From: Gemmatimonadales bacterium
GTDB taxonomy: Bacteria; Gemmatimonadota; Gemmatimonadetes; Gemmatimonadales; GWC2-71-9
DNA length: 64,000 nucleotides
NCBI GenBank assembly: GCA_965249575.1
Contig: OZ252244.1
Span: 2,112,001 to 2,176,000, forward strand
Reading direction: 5' to 3'
A program made the position numbers and the translations under genes. The notes under the pieces are model-generated. The model had not been told where the DNA came from, did not search any database, and saw only the letters and a list, made by a program, of their open reading frames with translations. Positions 9,669-20,918 of the stretch are shown here, one piece after another. Position 1 is the stretch's first letter. Each line of letters begins with the position of its first letter.

Positions 9669-9840
9669 CGGCCGTGTCGTGGGGACGGTTGATACGCGCC
9701 ACTGTGAGTCTAGGCAGTCACCGCCGGACACGGAAGTCGACGTACGTCCCTGCATTCTCGTTTGCACGGTGCGGCCGCCCCGGCATAGGGATATTCTTGA
9801 GAGTCACAGTGGGGAGCCCCAGGCCGGCAGAAAGATCCTT

Positions 9841-12051
9841 ATGTCTTCCCTGTTGGAGCGTGTGCGTGAGGCTTTGGCCTCCGAATACGCCGTCGAACGC
9901 GAGATCGCGAGCGGTGGCATGGGCGTGGTCTTCTTCGCACACGACGCGGCGCTCCGCCGCCCCGTAGCCATCAAGGTTATGCGTCCGGAGTTGGCCACCG
10001 TGCGGGCGGCTGGCCGCTTCGTCCGAGAGGCGCAGATCGCTGCCAACCTGCGCCATCCGAACATCGTCCCGGTGCATCGGGCGGGCGAGGCAGCCGGCAT
10101 CTTCTACTACGTGATGGATTTCATCGACGGCGATACCCTCGCCGACCGGCTGGGAACGGGGCCGCTCGCACGAGGTGATACGGTCAAGCTGGGGCGAGAC
10201 CTCCTGGACGGTTTGGAAGCAGCCCATCGAGCTGGTGTCGTGCACCGCGACATCAAACCAGCGAACATATTCCTGCTGCCGGGCCGGGCGCTGCTCGCGG
10301 ATTTCGGTATCGCGAAACCCGGCGATGCGACCTCCGACGTGGAAACCGAGACCGGCGCGGTGGTGGGAACCCCTGCATACATGGCGCCCGAGCAAGCGGC
10401 CGGGGGCGACGTCACACCCCGGTCTGATCTCTACGCCGTGGGCGCCGTGCTAGTTGAGGCCGTGTCGGGGCGATGGTGGAGAGCGAAGGCAAAGCCGGAG
10501 CGCGCCGACTGGAAAGGGGTACCTCAGTCGCTCGTCGCCGTGCTGGAACGCGCGCTCGCGTGGTCGCCCGAAGATCGGTGGGCCGACGCACGCGCGTTCC
10601 GACGCGCACTGTGGCGGACTCGCACGCGCCGATACGTACACCGCACGGTGGCGTTGACGGCTGGCGGGGTAGTTGCTGGTGCGAGTTTGGCGTTCATCAT
10701 GCTGCAACCAAGGGCTCCTCCTCCGCTTGCGCCGACCGTGTCGGTCGCAGTGGAACCGCTCGAGTTGCGGGGGGCCTCGTCGATTCCGGCTCTGCCCGAC
10801 ACGATTGGAGCATGGCTCGTCCGAAACTTGTCCGGCTATCCGGACTTCGTCGTGCGCGGGGCTCCGGCGCCGCTGCCGTCCAGTGGCTCATCGGAGATCG
10901 TCTTGTCGGGGGTCGTGCACTCCGCCGACGACCTGGTGAGCGTTGAGCTGTGGGAAAAACCCCGGCCGGGTGGTGTAGGCGCGGTCGTGGCAGACGTAGC
11001 CGTACCGCGCGAATCGTGGGCGCTCCTGGCGGATAGTCTCGCATACTACGTGTTGCTGAGAATCTGGAGCGAGGCCAGCCCCCTCGCCGCCCACGCGGCC
11101 GCCGTCACGCAGGCGGTTGTCTCCGATCCACAGGTGGCGAGCTTCCCGGATGTCGCGGCGGGACCGCGACTTCTACCGAGTTTCGACGCGCCGCGAGGAG
11201 CAGTCGGCCTCGGTAGCGTCTTTGCGCGGATGACGCAGCGCCCGGATCTCGAACGATCCGGCCTCGTGGCCGAGTTGCTTGGCTTTTTGGCGTTAGGCCA
11301 CCTGGACTCGGCGCGAGGTCGAGCCGATCGCCTGCGGGCGCGATTCCCGGAGCAGGACGAACTCGCCTTGACTACCGCCGCGATCGAGGGTGCCTACTCG
11401 TTGGCAGACCGCGCTGCCGGGCGCACTCGGTCGGCCGCTCGCGCGGTACTAGATCGTCACTCGACTCGCCAGGGTGGGCCGGCACACCTCCGCCGGCGAG
11501 CGGCGTGGATGCTGGGTCTTCTCTCTCTTCAGGAGGGATCTCCCGCTGCTGCGGAGCGTTATGAAGGATTGTTGGCCGACGAGCCCGCGCCGGCGCCACT
11601 TGGCGCGTTCCTCCGCGCGAACAAAATGGCGGCGGGTGGAGACCAGCTCGGTGCTATAAGGGCTTCGGCTTGGCTCGTGGCGCTCGATTCCGCAGGGAGG
11701 GCGGGCGACCCGATGTTCAGAGCCCTACTTCATTTGTCTCGAGCGACCTAGTTCGAGCAGCTCGGGAATTCTGGTTTGGAAGACGCTCGCAGGGAGCTTC
11801 GTTGGCATGAAAACCTCGACATAGTCGGGTATCCGACTGGTGTCCCCCAGGCGGCGGAGATCGATTGGGCGATGGGAACCGTTGCCCGCTGGCGCCGTGC
11901 GAATCTCCTGAGGCGATCCGGCGAGATGGGGCTTGAGGCCTGCGCCGCCTATGCGGCGGTGAGTCGGCACTGGACAGGCGGCGATTCCGTGTTTGCTACG
12001 CGAGCGGACTCGGCGCGGAGGGCAACCGCGTCGCTGGGCTGCGACAAATGA
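9841..12051 (+). pseudogene. Hanks-type Ser/Thr protein kinase with TM and C-terminal helical sensor region, interrupted by an in-frame TAG at 11749-11751
   Basis: GGMGVV, VAIK, HRDIKPAN, DFG, GTPAYMAPE. The ORF 11776-12051 is in the same frame immediately after the TAG. The kinase domain itself is intact. Confidence 0.7.
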
Positions 12052-12127
12052 ACCGAACCGAACCACGTCGCCCACCGGCTGCCCGCCCGTGTTCGTGGTG
12101 CGGGTCAGGGCCGCACGAGCCGGCGCC

Positions 12128-14050
12128 GTGATCTCCTGTCGTGCGTTCGGCCCTCCCCGGGTCACCATCGACGGACAGGCCCCGCCACCGGAGATTCTAT
12201 GGCGAAAGAACCTGGCGTTGCTCGTGTACCTCGCCGGGTCACCCCAATGGGCGCGGAGTCGGGAGCATCTGATTGGGTTGCTGTGGGGCGACAAGCCCGA
12301 CCGGAGCGCGCGACACTCCCTGCGAGAGGCCGTGCGGGTGCTGCGACGTGCTGGTGGCCAGGAGTTGATCCAGGCCGAGGCGGAGACGCTGAGGCTCAAT
12401 GCCGATTTGATTGCGTTCGATACCGATCGGTTCGAATCTCACGTGGGAGCCCATGACTGGCGAGCGGCAGCCGAGCTGGTCGGAGGGGAGTTCATGGAAG
12501 GGCTGGCGGTTCCCGATGCACCGCTCTTCGAGGACTGGCTTTCATCGGAGCGGTTGAGCTGGCGGCACCGATCGGTCGACGCACTTGGGAAACTCGCCTC
12601 AGAGGCGTTCGCGACGGGCGATCTGGCCACCGCGGCGAAAGCAGGTCAGCGCGCTCTCGCGTTGGCCCCGACATCGGATCGCGCTGTTCGAGTGGCGATG
12701 CGGGCGGCTGCGCTTGCCGACGACCGAAAGGGAGCCCTCGCTCGCTACGAACGCTTCGAACACCACTTGGAGGAGGCGGGAGGCTCCACGCCGGCGGCCG
12801 AGACGAAATCACTGGCCGACCGCATCCGCTCGGATCGAAAGTGGCGGCTGCCGACATACGTCGTTCAGGCCGGTTCGCGTGGAGCCGAATCTCGTAGAGC
12901 TCCACTCGTGGGGCGTGGGAATGAGCTGAGCGCGTTGCTGTCGGCGTGGGAAACGTGTCGGGGGAACGGCAAGGCATCGCTGGCTGTCATACGAGCGGGC
13001 TCCGGACTGGGGAAGACGAGGCTAGTTGATGAGATAGTGGCTCGTGCCCGCCTAGAGGGAGCCGCGCTTTCCACGTTTCACGCTGTGCCCGCAGACGAGG
13101 AGAGTCCCCTGGCTGGGCTGATGGGACTTGCGCAGGGTGGCCTCATCGACGCCGGGGGGCTCGCCGCCGCGCATGCGGGGGCGCTCGGCGCTCTCGCCGG
13201 GAAGTTGGGTGAGTGGGCGGAGCGATTCCCGAATGTGAACAGCGAAGTGGAGGCCTGGACCCCGCAGGACGCGTTTGGCGAGGTCGCTAGGGTCATCGCC
13301 GAAGAACAGCCCCTGCTACTCATCGTGGACGACGTGCAGTGGCTCGATCGGGATTCTCTGCTGGCGCTCGAAGCCGTGAACCGAGATCGATCCAGCCTGC
13401 CAATGTTCACCGTCCTCGCTTGCGACCCCGCAACGGATCGCGTGGAGGTCGATGAATTCCTCGCGCGGCTCGGGCGCGGGCAAAGTGTCGTCGCCATCGA
13501 TCTTGCGCCGCTCACGGTCGACGACGTCACCGAGCTGGCGAGGTGGGCGTTCCCCAACTACTCGCGCGAGGAACAGCAACGCGTGGCGAGGCGAGTTTGG
13601 GCAGACTCAGCCGGCCTGCCGCTACTCGCAGTCGAGTTGTATCACGCCATCTGTCTGGGGCTGGATCTCGCCGGGAGCTCTGGGGCGTGGCCCCAACCGC
13701 TCAAGACGCTCGACCAGACGCTGCCGGGCGACCTCCCCGAGGCGGTCGTCGCGGCGATACGAGTCGGATTCCGGCGCCTGACGCCAGACGCACAGCTGGT
13801 CCTGGGTGCCGCCCCCGTGTTGGGCGACCGGATCTCCGCAGAGATGATCGCGCGTGCTACCGGCCTCTCAACCGACCGGGCCGAATCGGCGTTGGACGAG
13901 TTGGAGTGGCAGCGCTGGCTCGCGTCCGACCGGGTAGCCTACTCCTTCATAGCCGGGATCGTACGACGCGTCATCGACCAAGACATGATCCCGGCCGGGC
14001 GTAGGCGCCGCTTCCTCAGCGCCGCGGGAGTGTCGGACCGTGGCGAGTGA
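12128..14050 (+). CDS. SARP/BTAD transcriptional regulator with AAA ATPase domain
   Basis: N-terminal wHTH (LLVYLA..REHLIGLLW..SLREAV), BTAD region (FEDWLSSER), PLVGR, Walker A GSGLGKT, Walker B LLIVDDVQWLD. Confidence 0.85.
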   Translation: MISCRAFGPPRVTIDGQAPPPEILWRKNLALLVYLAGSPQWARSREHLIGLLWGDKPDRSARHSLREAVRVLRRAGGQELIQAEAETLRLNADLIAFDTDRFESHVGAHDWRAAAELVGGEFMEGLAVPDAPLFEDWLSSERLSWRHRSVDALGKLASEAFATGDLATAAKAGQRALALAPTSDRAVRVAMRAAALADDRKGALARYERFEHHLEEAGGSTPAAETKSLADRIRSDRKWRLPTYVVQAGSRGAESRRAPLVGRGNELSALLSAWETCRGNGKASLAVIRAGSGLGKTRLVDEIVARARLEGAALSTFHAVPADEESPLAGLMGLAQGGLIDAGGLAAAHAGALGALAGKLGEWAERFPNVNSEVEAWTPQDAFGEVARVIAEEQPLLLIVDDVQWLDRDSLLALEAVNRDRSSLPMFTVLACDPATDRVEVDEFLARLGRGQSVVAIDLAPLTVDDVTELARWAFPNYSREEQQRVARRVWADSAGLPLLAVELYHAICLGLDLAGSSGAWPQPLKTLDQTLPGDLPEAVVAAIRVGFRRLTPDAQLVLGAAPVLGDRISAEMIARATGLSTDRAESALDELEWQRWLASDRVAYSFIAGIVRRVIDQDMIPAGRRRRFLSAAGVSDRGE

Positions 14051-14068
14051 GTGGCGGTCAGGCCCGGC

Positions 14069-14356
14069 CTAGAGCAGGCGGTTCATGGCAGCCGCGAGCT
14101 CGAAATCGAGCTCTGAGATCCCGCCAACGTCGTGTGTCTGAAGGTTGATCACCACCTTGTTGTAGCCGTTCGACCAGTCGGGATGGTGATTTCGCTTCTC
14201 GGCTAGCAGCGCCGCCCGTGCCATGAATCCGAACGCCTGGACGAAGTCCTCGAACTGCAGTTCCCGATGCAGCTTCCCTTCCCGAAGCTCCCAACCCTCG
14301 AGGGACGCCACTCTGGACTCTACGTCGGCGGCGGAAAGCCGTTGCCGTTTGGTCAT
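14069..14356 (-). CDS. phhB: Pterin-4-alpha-carbinolamine dehydratase
   Basis: [25 protein letters not shown] signature. Confidence 0.9.
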   Translation of the reverse strand: MTKRQRLSAADVESRVASLEGWELREGKLHRELQFEDFVQAFGFMARAALLAEKRNHHPDWSNGYNKVVINLQTHDVGGISELDFELAAAMNRLL

Positions 14357-14493
14357 TGCATCTCCTGAGTTGCAGGGCAGTGAAATCGGGGCCCTCTGAC
14401 GCGGGGCGTCAAGCCCGGCTCTTGATGTTCACTTGACGCACGTATGCCATCGTCCGGGCGCGGGAATTCGATGGCCCTTTCTCGGAGGAAAAC

Positions 14494-15119
14494 ATGCGTC
14501 CCTATCTCTTGTCTTTCGCGCTCAGCGCGTTCGCCCTCCCCGCGTCCAGTCAGCAGTCCTGGAGTGGGTCGCTCTCGCTCGACCGCTCGGAGGCCCTCGG
14601 TGACGAGTTTGGCGGCGGCGGGTCGCTGGGGGTTTCGGCTAGTGTCTATCGGTCGCTGGGCGCTCGGATCGCGCTCGGGCTGGAACTGGGACACACTCGG
14701 TTCGGTAGCAACACGAGCATTCTCCCGGACGCGGTGGGCCGGGGCACCGTGCTCACGGAGGAATACGGCTGGAGTGCGTGGCACGCCGCGGCCGTGGCCA
14801 GGATCAGGTTGTCGGAGGCCGGGTTCGCCCGTTCGTCATATCCGGTATTGGCGCCTACTGGACGCGCACTCGAGATCGGATCGAGGCGCGGGACGGCAGC
14901 GGCGCCCGGATCCCACTCTACGACTTCTTGCAGGGCCGAACGGAGCTGAATCCGGGTGGGAGCGTCGGACTGGACATCGAATTCCCTCCGGTGCTCCGGA
15001 GATTTCGGCTTGGCGGCCATGTGCGGTGGCACGGGATCGTCGCCATCGCCCCAAACGGTATCGGTCTCGCAGATTTCGTCACGGTTGGTGTAAGTGGGAG
15101 GCTGGCCCTGAGGCCCTAG
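14494..15119 (+). pseudogene. Outer-membrane beta-barrel-like protein, frameshifted near 14810
   Basis: GGAGG RBS and signal peptide; alternating beta-strand pattern in 14494-14810 continues in another frame (GGRVRPFVISGIGAYW..FVTVGVSGRL). Confidence 0.6.
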
Positions 15120-15123
15120 ACTC

Positions 15124-15152
15124 TTGCGAGAAAATATTTTAAGCTTAAAATA
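15124..15152 (+). promoter_or_regulatory. Promoter (TTGCGA..TAAAAT) overlapped by a perfect 18-bp palindrome TATTTTAAGCTTAAAATA; likely MarR operator
   Basis: AT-rich perfect inverted repeat at 15135-15152, 45 bp upstream of the abm operon, which encodes a MarR regulator. Confidence 0.7.
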
Positions 15153-15196
15153 CCTCTGATTGGTTGTCACAGCGTCGCGCCTCGGGGAGGGACTTC

Positions 15197-17503
15197 GTGA
15201 AGGTCGTGACGATTGGTGGTGGTCCCGCCGGACTGTATTTCGCCATCCTCATGAAAAGCGCTGATCCCAGTCACAGCGTCACGGTGATCGAGCGAAACAG
15301 CCCCGACGACACGTTCGGCTGGGGCGTTGTTTTTTCCGATCAGACGCTCGAGAACTTCCGCGCCGCAGATCCGCCGACCTACCAGGAGATCATCGACAAT
15401 TTCGCACACTGGGACCACATCGACGTGCACTTCAAGGGTACGACGATCACGTCCGGCGGGCATGGATTCAGCGGTATCGCCCGCAAGAAACTGCTGAACA
15501 TCCTCCAGCACCGCGCCGCCGAGCTAGGCAGCGACCTCCGATTCAATCTCGATCTCAAGGACGATGCCGACCTGCGGGCCGTCGGGCTTGGAGACGCCGA
15601 CTTGGTCGTCGCGGCGGACGGGATAAACAGCCTGATCAGGCAGAAGTACTCTGCCGCGTTCGAACCCAATCTCGACGTCCGGAAGGCGAAGTACATCTGG
15701 TTGGGAACGACCCGCCTGTTCGACGCCTTCACGTTCATTTTCGTCGAGAACGAGCACGGAGTGTTTCAGGTTCACGCCTACCGCTTCGATGAGAAGATGT
15801 CGGCGTTCATCGTGGAGTGTGACGAGGAATCGTGGCGCAACGCTGGTCTGGATCGTCTGGACACGGACGGGGCAATTCGGTACTGCGAAGACCTGTTCTC
15901 AGATTGGCTGTGCGGCCACTCTTTGCAAAGTAACGCTTCCCACCTGCGCGGCTCCGCCTGGCTGAACTTCGTGAGGGTGAGCAACGCCCATTGGTTCCGC
16001 CGCAACGTCGTACTCCTCGGTGACGCCGCGCATACGGCGCATTTCTCGATTGGATCTGGTACCAAGCTCGCGATGGAGGACGCGATTGCGCTGTCCCGGA
16101 TCGTGAACTCCGAAGACGATCTGCCGCGGGCCCTCGCGTCGTATCAAGAGGAGCGGCGCATCGAGGCGCTCCGGCTCCAGAACGCGGCCGGGAACTCGAT
16201 GGAGTGGTTCGAGAACGTCAAGCGGTACATGGCGCTGGATCCGGAGCAGTTCGCGTATAGCCTCCTCACTCGGAGCCAGCGCGTTAGCCACGAGAACTTG
16301 CGCCTTCGGGACGGCCCGTATCTCGAGGGTGTCGAACGGTGGTTCGCCAGCCGGGCGAGCGGAGGGGATACGGATAAACCGCCGCCGCCAATGTTCACTC
16401 CGCTCACGCTGCGCGGTATGACGCTCCACAACAGGCTGGTGGTGTCACCGATGGATATGTATTGCGCGAAGGACGGGACTCCGAACGACTTCCACCTCGT
16501 TCACCTCGGCAGCCGGGCCCTTGGCGGAGCGGCCCTTGTCATGACGGAGATGACCTGCGTGTCGCCGGAAGGAAGGATCACCCCGGGCTGCACGGGGATG
16601 TACGCAGCGGAGCACGTCGAAGCGTGGCAGCGGATCGTGACGTTTGTCCACGACTGGACGCAGGCAAAGATCTGTTTCCAGCTCGGTCACTCTGGTCGGA
16701 AGGGCTCCACGAAGCTCATGTGGGAAGGCATGGACGTCCCGCTTGATGACGGGAACTGGGAGGTAATGGCACCATCGCCCATTCCCTACGGACCATCGTC
16801 TCCCGAGCCGAGGGAAATGACGAGGGCCGACATGGACCGGGTCGGGGAACAGTTCACGCGCGCGGCCGAGATGGCAGTCGACGCAGGCTTCGACATGCTG
16901 GAGCTGCACTGCGCTCACGGGTATCTCCTGTCGAGCTTCATCACGCCGCTCAGTAACGCTCGAGACGACGCATACGGTGGCAGCCTTCCCAACCGCTTGC
17001 GGTATCCACTCGAAGTCTTCTCGGCTATGCGGGCCGTCTGGCCAGACGAGCGCCCGATGTCGGTCCGAGTGTCGGCGACCGACTGGGTGGAGGGTGGGCT
17101 CGAGGGGAAGGACGCCGTCGCCGTCGCCCAGGCCTTCACCGAGGCGGGGGCCGACATCATTCACGTGTCGACCGGGCAGACCTCGGTCGACGCGGAGCCG
17201 GTCTATGGCCGGCTGTTCCAGACGCCCTTCAGCGATCAGATCCGGAACGAAGCCGGTGTGCGCACGATTGCGGTTGGTAACATCGTCGATGCCGATCAGG
17301 TAAACGCGATCATCGCTGCAGGTCGTGCCGATCTTTGCGCGCTCGGGCGACCCCACCTCAGCGACCCGCACTGGACGCTGCAAGCGGCAGCCGAGTTGGG
17401 GTATGAAGACCAGCCCTGGCCGGTTCAGTACCTGCCGGGGAAGGACCAGCTGGAGCGGCTCCTCCGGCGGCAAATGGAGATGCGAGGCAGCAGCACAATC
17501 TGA
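15197..17503 (+). CDS. abmA: 2-aminobenzoyl-CoA monooxygenase/reductase (salicylyl-CoA 5-hydroxylase family; FAD monooxygenase plus OYE-like domain)
   Basis: [39 protein letters not shown]-terminal [23 protein letters not shown]. Confidence 0.9.
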   Translation: MKVVTIGGGPAGLYFAILMKSADPSHSVTVIERNSPDDTFGWGVVFSDQTLENFRAADPPTYQEIIDNFAHWDHIDVHFKGTTITSGGHGFSGIARKKLLNILQHRAAELGSDLRFNLDLKDDADLRAVGLGDADLVVAADGINSLIRQKYSAAFEPNLDVRKAKYIWLGTTRLFDAFTFIFVENEHGVFQVHAYRFDEKMSAFIVECDEESWRNAGLDRLDTDGAIRYCEDLFSDWLCGHSLQSNASHLRGSAWLNFVRVSNAHWFRRNVVLLGDAAHTAHFSIGSGTKLAMEDAIALSRIVNSEDDLPRALASYQEERRIEALRLQNAAGNSMEWFENVKRYMALDPEQFAYSLLTRSQRVSHENLRLRDGPYLEGVERWFASRASGGDTDKPPPPMFTPLTLRGMTLHNRLVVSPMDMYCAKDGTPNDFHLVHLGSRALGGAALVMTEMTCVSPEGRITPGCTGMYAAEHVEAWQRIVTFVHDWTQAKICFQLGHSGRKGSTKLMWEGMDVPLDDGNWEVMAPSPIPYGPSSPEPREMTRADMDRVGEQFTRAAEMAVDAGFDMLELHCAHGYLLSSFITPLSNARDDAYGGSLPNRLRYPLEVFSAMRAVWPDERPMSVRVSATDWVEGGLEGKDAVAVAQAFTEAGADIIHVSTGQTSVDAEPVYGRLFQTPFSDQIRNEAGVRTIAVGNIVDADQVNAIIAAGRADLCALGRPHLSDPHWTLQAAAELGYEDQPWPVQYLPGKDQLERLLRRQMEMRGSSTI

Positions 17504-17561
17504 GTATTCGTGACGTTCAGCGCTGACACAAGACAACGCGAGGTCCGGGATTGAGCCAACC

Positions 17562-18356
17562 ATGCCAGGTGTGAGCGATCGCTATCTGACAAGCCGGCAT
17601 GCAGTCGTTACCGGTGGTGGGCGAGGAATCGGCGCGGCGATCTCGGAGCGGTTGGCGAGCCTCGGAGCCAATCTGAGCTTAATGGGCCGCGACCGCTCCA
17701 AGCTGGATGCTCACGCCGCCCTGCTGATTGGTCGGTTCGGGATTCAGGCCGAGCCCCTCGTGTGCGACGTGACGGACGCCCGCTCGGTTCGGGATGCTTT
17801 TGCGGCCGCGAACGATCGATTCGGCGTTCCCTTTGTACTGGTCAACAACGCCGGTCAGGCCGAGGGCCTTGCGTTTGCGGAAATGACGCGTGAGCTGTGG
17901 GATCGGATGCTCGCCGTGAATCTCACTGGCACCTACAGCTGCATGCGCGCGGTGCTGCCCGCGATGATCGAGGCGCAAACGGGGCGAGTGATCAATATCG
18001 CGTCTACGGCCGGGCTCAAGGGTTACGGTAGGCTGGCCGCCTACTGCGCTTCCAAGCACGGAGTGATCGGCTTGACGAAGGCGGTTGCCATGGAAACGGC
18101 AAAGCTGGGCGTGACGGTGAACGCGGTCTGTCCCGGCTACACGGATACCGACATGGCTCAGGCCGCGGTCGACAACATTGTGCGTGGCCTCGGCAAGACT
18201 CCGGACGAGGCGCTGCAGATGATCGTTCGAACCATGCCGCGCGGAAAGCTCATCGCCCCCTCGGAAGTCGCCGATGCGGTGGGTTGGTTGTGTGCTCCGG
18301 GAAGCGATGCAGTCACGGGTCAGGCCATCGCCGTGGCCGGCGGCGAGGTGATGTGA
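17562..18356 (+). CDS. SDR oxidoreductase (3-hydroxyacyl-CoA dehydrogenase-like) of the abm cluster
   Basis: TGGGRGIG, NNAG, YCASK, VCPGY. Confidence 0.85.
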   Translation: MPGVSDRYLTSRHAVVTGGGRGIGAAISERLASLGANLSLMGRDRSKLDAHAALLIGRFGIQAEPLVCDVTDARSVRDAFAAANDRFGVPFVLVNNAGQAEGLAFAEMTRELWDRMLAVNLTGTYSCMRAVLPAMIEAQTGRVINIASTAGLKGYGRLAAYCASKHGVIGLTKAVAMETAKLGVTVNAVCPGYTDTDMAQAAVDNIVRGLGKTPDEALQMIVRTMPRGKLIAPSEVADAVGWLCAPGSDAVTGQAIAVAGGEVM

Positions 18357-18883
18357 GAGGGCTCCGGTCGGACGCGGCGAATCGTGTCGAACCGCCGGGT
18401 ACAGCGGAAGCGAGCCAGGATGGCCGTACGGCGCTTCGGGTTTGGCTACGGCTCCTCTCGTCAGCCAACTTGATAGAGCGAGGTATACGGCGCCGTCTGC
18501 GCAGGCACTTCTCTACGACCCTTCCGCGATTCGACGTATTGGCGCAACTGCACCACGCCGCCGGAGAGGGCAAAGGATGGCTCACGATGAGCGAGCTGTC
18601 CCGCCGGCTGATGGTGAGCAACGGCAACGTGACGGGCCTAACGGAGCGATTGGTGCGCGAGGGGCTGGTGAGTCGAAACACGTCTCCCACCGACGCGCGC
18701 ACCCAGCTCGTACGACTCACTTCAGCGGGGACGCGGGCGTTCGAATCCATGACACCGATGCATCGCTGTTGGATCGAACGCATGTTCGCGGGACTCACGC
18801 CCGGTGAGACGGCCGCGTTGCATGAACTGATCGGAAAACTGAAGGAATCGGTTGAAACCGCTTCCAGGGAGGACGGAGTCTAG
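18353..18883 (+). CDS. MarR family transcriptional regulator
   Basis: GTGA overlap; [43 protein letters not shown]. Confidence 0.9.
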   Translation: MRGLRSDAANRVEPPGTAEASQDGRTALRVWLRLLSSANLIERGIRRRLRRHFSTTLPRFDVLAQLHHAAGEGKGWLTMSELSRRLMVSNGNVTGLTERLVREGLVSRNTSPTDARTQLVRLTSAGTRAFESMTPMHRCWIERMFAGLTPGETAALHELIGKLKESVETASREDGV

Positions 18884-19716
18884 TGAGCACGGGCATCAGC
18901 GCTTCCGAGATCACGCCGCGTAATTTTGGGTGGCAGGTCGACGGGAAGGTGGCCATCGTTACCCTGAACTGGCCCGAGCGAAAGAACCCGCTCACCTTCG
19001 AGTCGTACGCGGAGTTGCGCGACACGTTTCGTCGCCTGGCATATGTCGATGAGGTCAAGGTGGTCGTTGTAACCGGGGCCGGAGGAAATTTTTGCTCGGG
19101 CGGCGACGTCCACGACATCATCGGTCCCTTGGTCGAGATGCGATCATCGGGGCAGACGGATGGATTGCTCCGTTTCACGCGCATGACCGGAGACCTGGTC
19201 AAGGCGATGAGGGCGTGCCCACAGCCCATCGTTGCGGCGATCGACGGTACGTGCGTTGGCGCGGGTGCGATCCTGGCGATGGCGGCGGATTTGCGGGTAG
19301 GGACGCGGCGAAGCAAGGTGGCGTTCCTGTTCGTTCGAGTGGGGCTGTCCGGGGCGGACATGGGGGCGTGCGCGATACTTCCGCGAATCGTCGGCCACGG
19401 ACGGGCGAGCGAGCTTTTGTATACCGGGCGATCGATGGCCGGTGAAGAAGCCGAGCGCTGGGGCTTCTACAACACGCTCTCCGAGCCGGACCGTGTGCTC
19501 GACGATGCGCTCGAGCGGGCGCGTGCCCTCGCTGCCGGCCCAACCTTCGCACACGCGATGACCAAGAGATGCCTGCATCAAGAGTGGAGCATGGGTATCG
19601 AGGAGGCCATCGAGGCGGAGGCCCAGGCTCAGGCCATCTGCATGCAAACCGAGGACTTCGCACGAGCCTATCAGGCGTTCGCGTCGAAGCAGCAACCCGT
19701 GTTCGAGGGCAACTAG
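18883..19716 (+). CDS. Enoyl-CoA hydratase/isomerase family protein
   Basis: [27 protein letters not shown]. Confidence 0.9.
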   Translation: MSTGISASEITPRNFGWQVDGKVAIVTLNWPERKNPLTFESYAELRDTFRRLAYVDEVKVVVVTGAGGNFCSGGDVHDIIGPLVEMRSSGQTDGLLRFTRMTGDLVKAMRACPQPIVAAIDGTCVGAGAILAMAADLRVGTRRSKVAFLFVRVGLSGADMGACAILPRIVGHGRASELLYTGRSMAGEEAERWGFYNTLSEPDRVLDDALERARALAAGPTFAHAMTKRCLHQEWSMGIEEAIEAEAQAQAICMQTEDFARAYQAFASKQQPVFEGN

Positions 19717-20918
19717 TGGCCGACCGGTCGTACCTTGATTGGCCGTTCTTCGACTCTGGCCACCGGCGTCTCGCTGCCGAGCTGGAAGAGTGGATCGATC
19801 GAGAGATCAGACCGTTGTCCGCTGTCGAACGAGACGTGGACGCCGCGTGCCGGGATCTGGTCAAGCGGTTGGGCGACGGGGGCTGGCTGCGATACGTGGT
19901 TCCATCCGCCCATGGTGGAGCGCACGACGATCTCGACGTCCGATCGATCTGCCTGATCCGCGAAGGACTCGCGCAGGCGTTCGGGCTGGCCGATTTCGCC
20001 TTCGCCATGCAGGGGCTCGGTAGCGGCCCGATCTCGAGCTTCGGCTCCGAGTCACTGAAGCAGAGGTACCTGCCGGAGGTCCGCGCGGGTCGTGCGGTCG
20101 CGGCGTTCGCCATCTCCGAGTCGGGCGCTGGGTCGGACATTGGTGCCATGGAGACTACGGCGCGGCGGGATGGAAACGGGTACTCGCTGGACGGACAGAA
20201 AACCTGGATCTCGAACGCGGGCCTCGCTGATTTCTACGTCGTGTTCTGCCGGCTCCCGGAGAGCGGCAGCAAGCGCTTCGGAGCGTTCGTCGTTGACGCG
20301 GACAATCCGGGGCTCCAAGTAACCGAGCGCATTGAAGTGAGCGCCCCGCACCCCATTGGCACCTTGACGTTCTCGTCTTGCAGGGTTCCGGAGGAGGCAG
20401 CCGTGGGCGACCCGGAGGCCGGCCTCAGAGTGGCGCTTGGCACGCTCGATGTGTTCCGTCCCACCGTGGGGGCGGCGGCGCTCGGCTACGCCCGTCACGC
20501 GTTCGACGAGGCACTGAGTTGGGTCACCACCCGCCGAGTGTTCGGTAACTCTCTCGCCGAGTTCCAGTTGACGCAGTCCAAAATCGCCGACATGGCCGTC
20601 GCGATCGATGCGAGTGCGTTGCTCGTCTACCGGGCAGCCTGGGGCCACGACACGGGCGCGACGGACGTCACGCGCCCCGCGGCGATGGCCAAGCTGCATG
20701 CTACGGAAGCCGCACAGCGGGTGGTCGACGAGGCCGTGCAGCTCCTCGGTGGCCGGGGAGTCGTAGCCGGAGAGCCGGTCGAGCGCCTGTATCGTGAAGT
20801 TCGCGCACTGCGGATCTACGAGGGGACGAGCGAGATTCAGCGAATCATCATCGCGTCCAAGGTGCTCGGGGGGCTCGAAAAGGGCAATCAGGCCACAGGA
20901 GCCGTCAAGCATGTCTAG
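19716..20918 (+). CDS. Acyl-CoA dehydrogenase
   Basis: TAGTG overlap; [33 protein letters not shown]. Confidence 0.9.
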   Translation: MADRSYLDWPFFDSGHRRLAAELEEWIDREIRPLSAVERDVDAACRDLVKRLGDGGWLRYVVPSAHGGAHDDLDVRSICLIREGLAQAFGLADFAFAMQGLGSGPISSFGSESLKQRYLPEVRAGRAVAAFAISESGAGSDIGAMETTARRDGNGYSLDGQKTWISNAGLADFYVVFCRLPESGSKRFGAFVVDADNPGLQVTERIEVSAPHPIGTLTFSSCRVPEEAAVGDPEAGLRVALGTLDVFRPTVGAAALGYARHAFDEALSWVTTRRVFGNSLAEFQLTQSKIADMAVAIDASALLVYRAAWGHDTGATDVTRPAAMAKLHATEAAQRVVDEAVQLLGGRGVVAGEPVERLYREVRALRIYEGTSEIQRIIIASKVLGGLEKGNQATGAVKHV

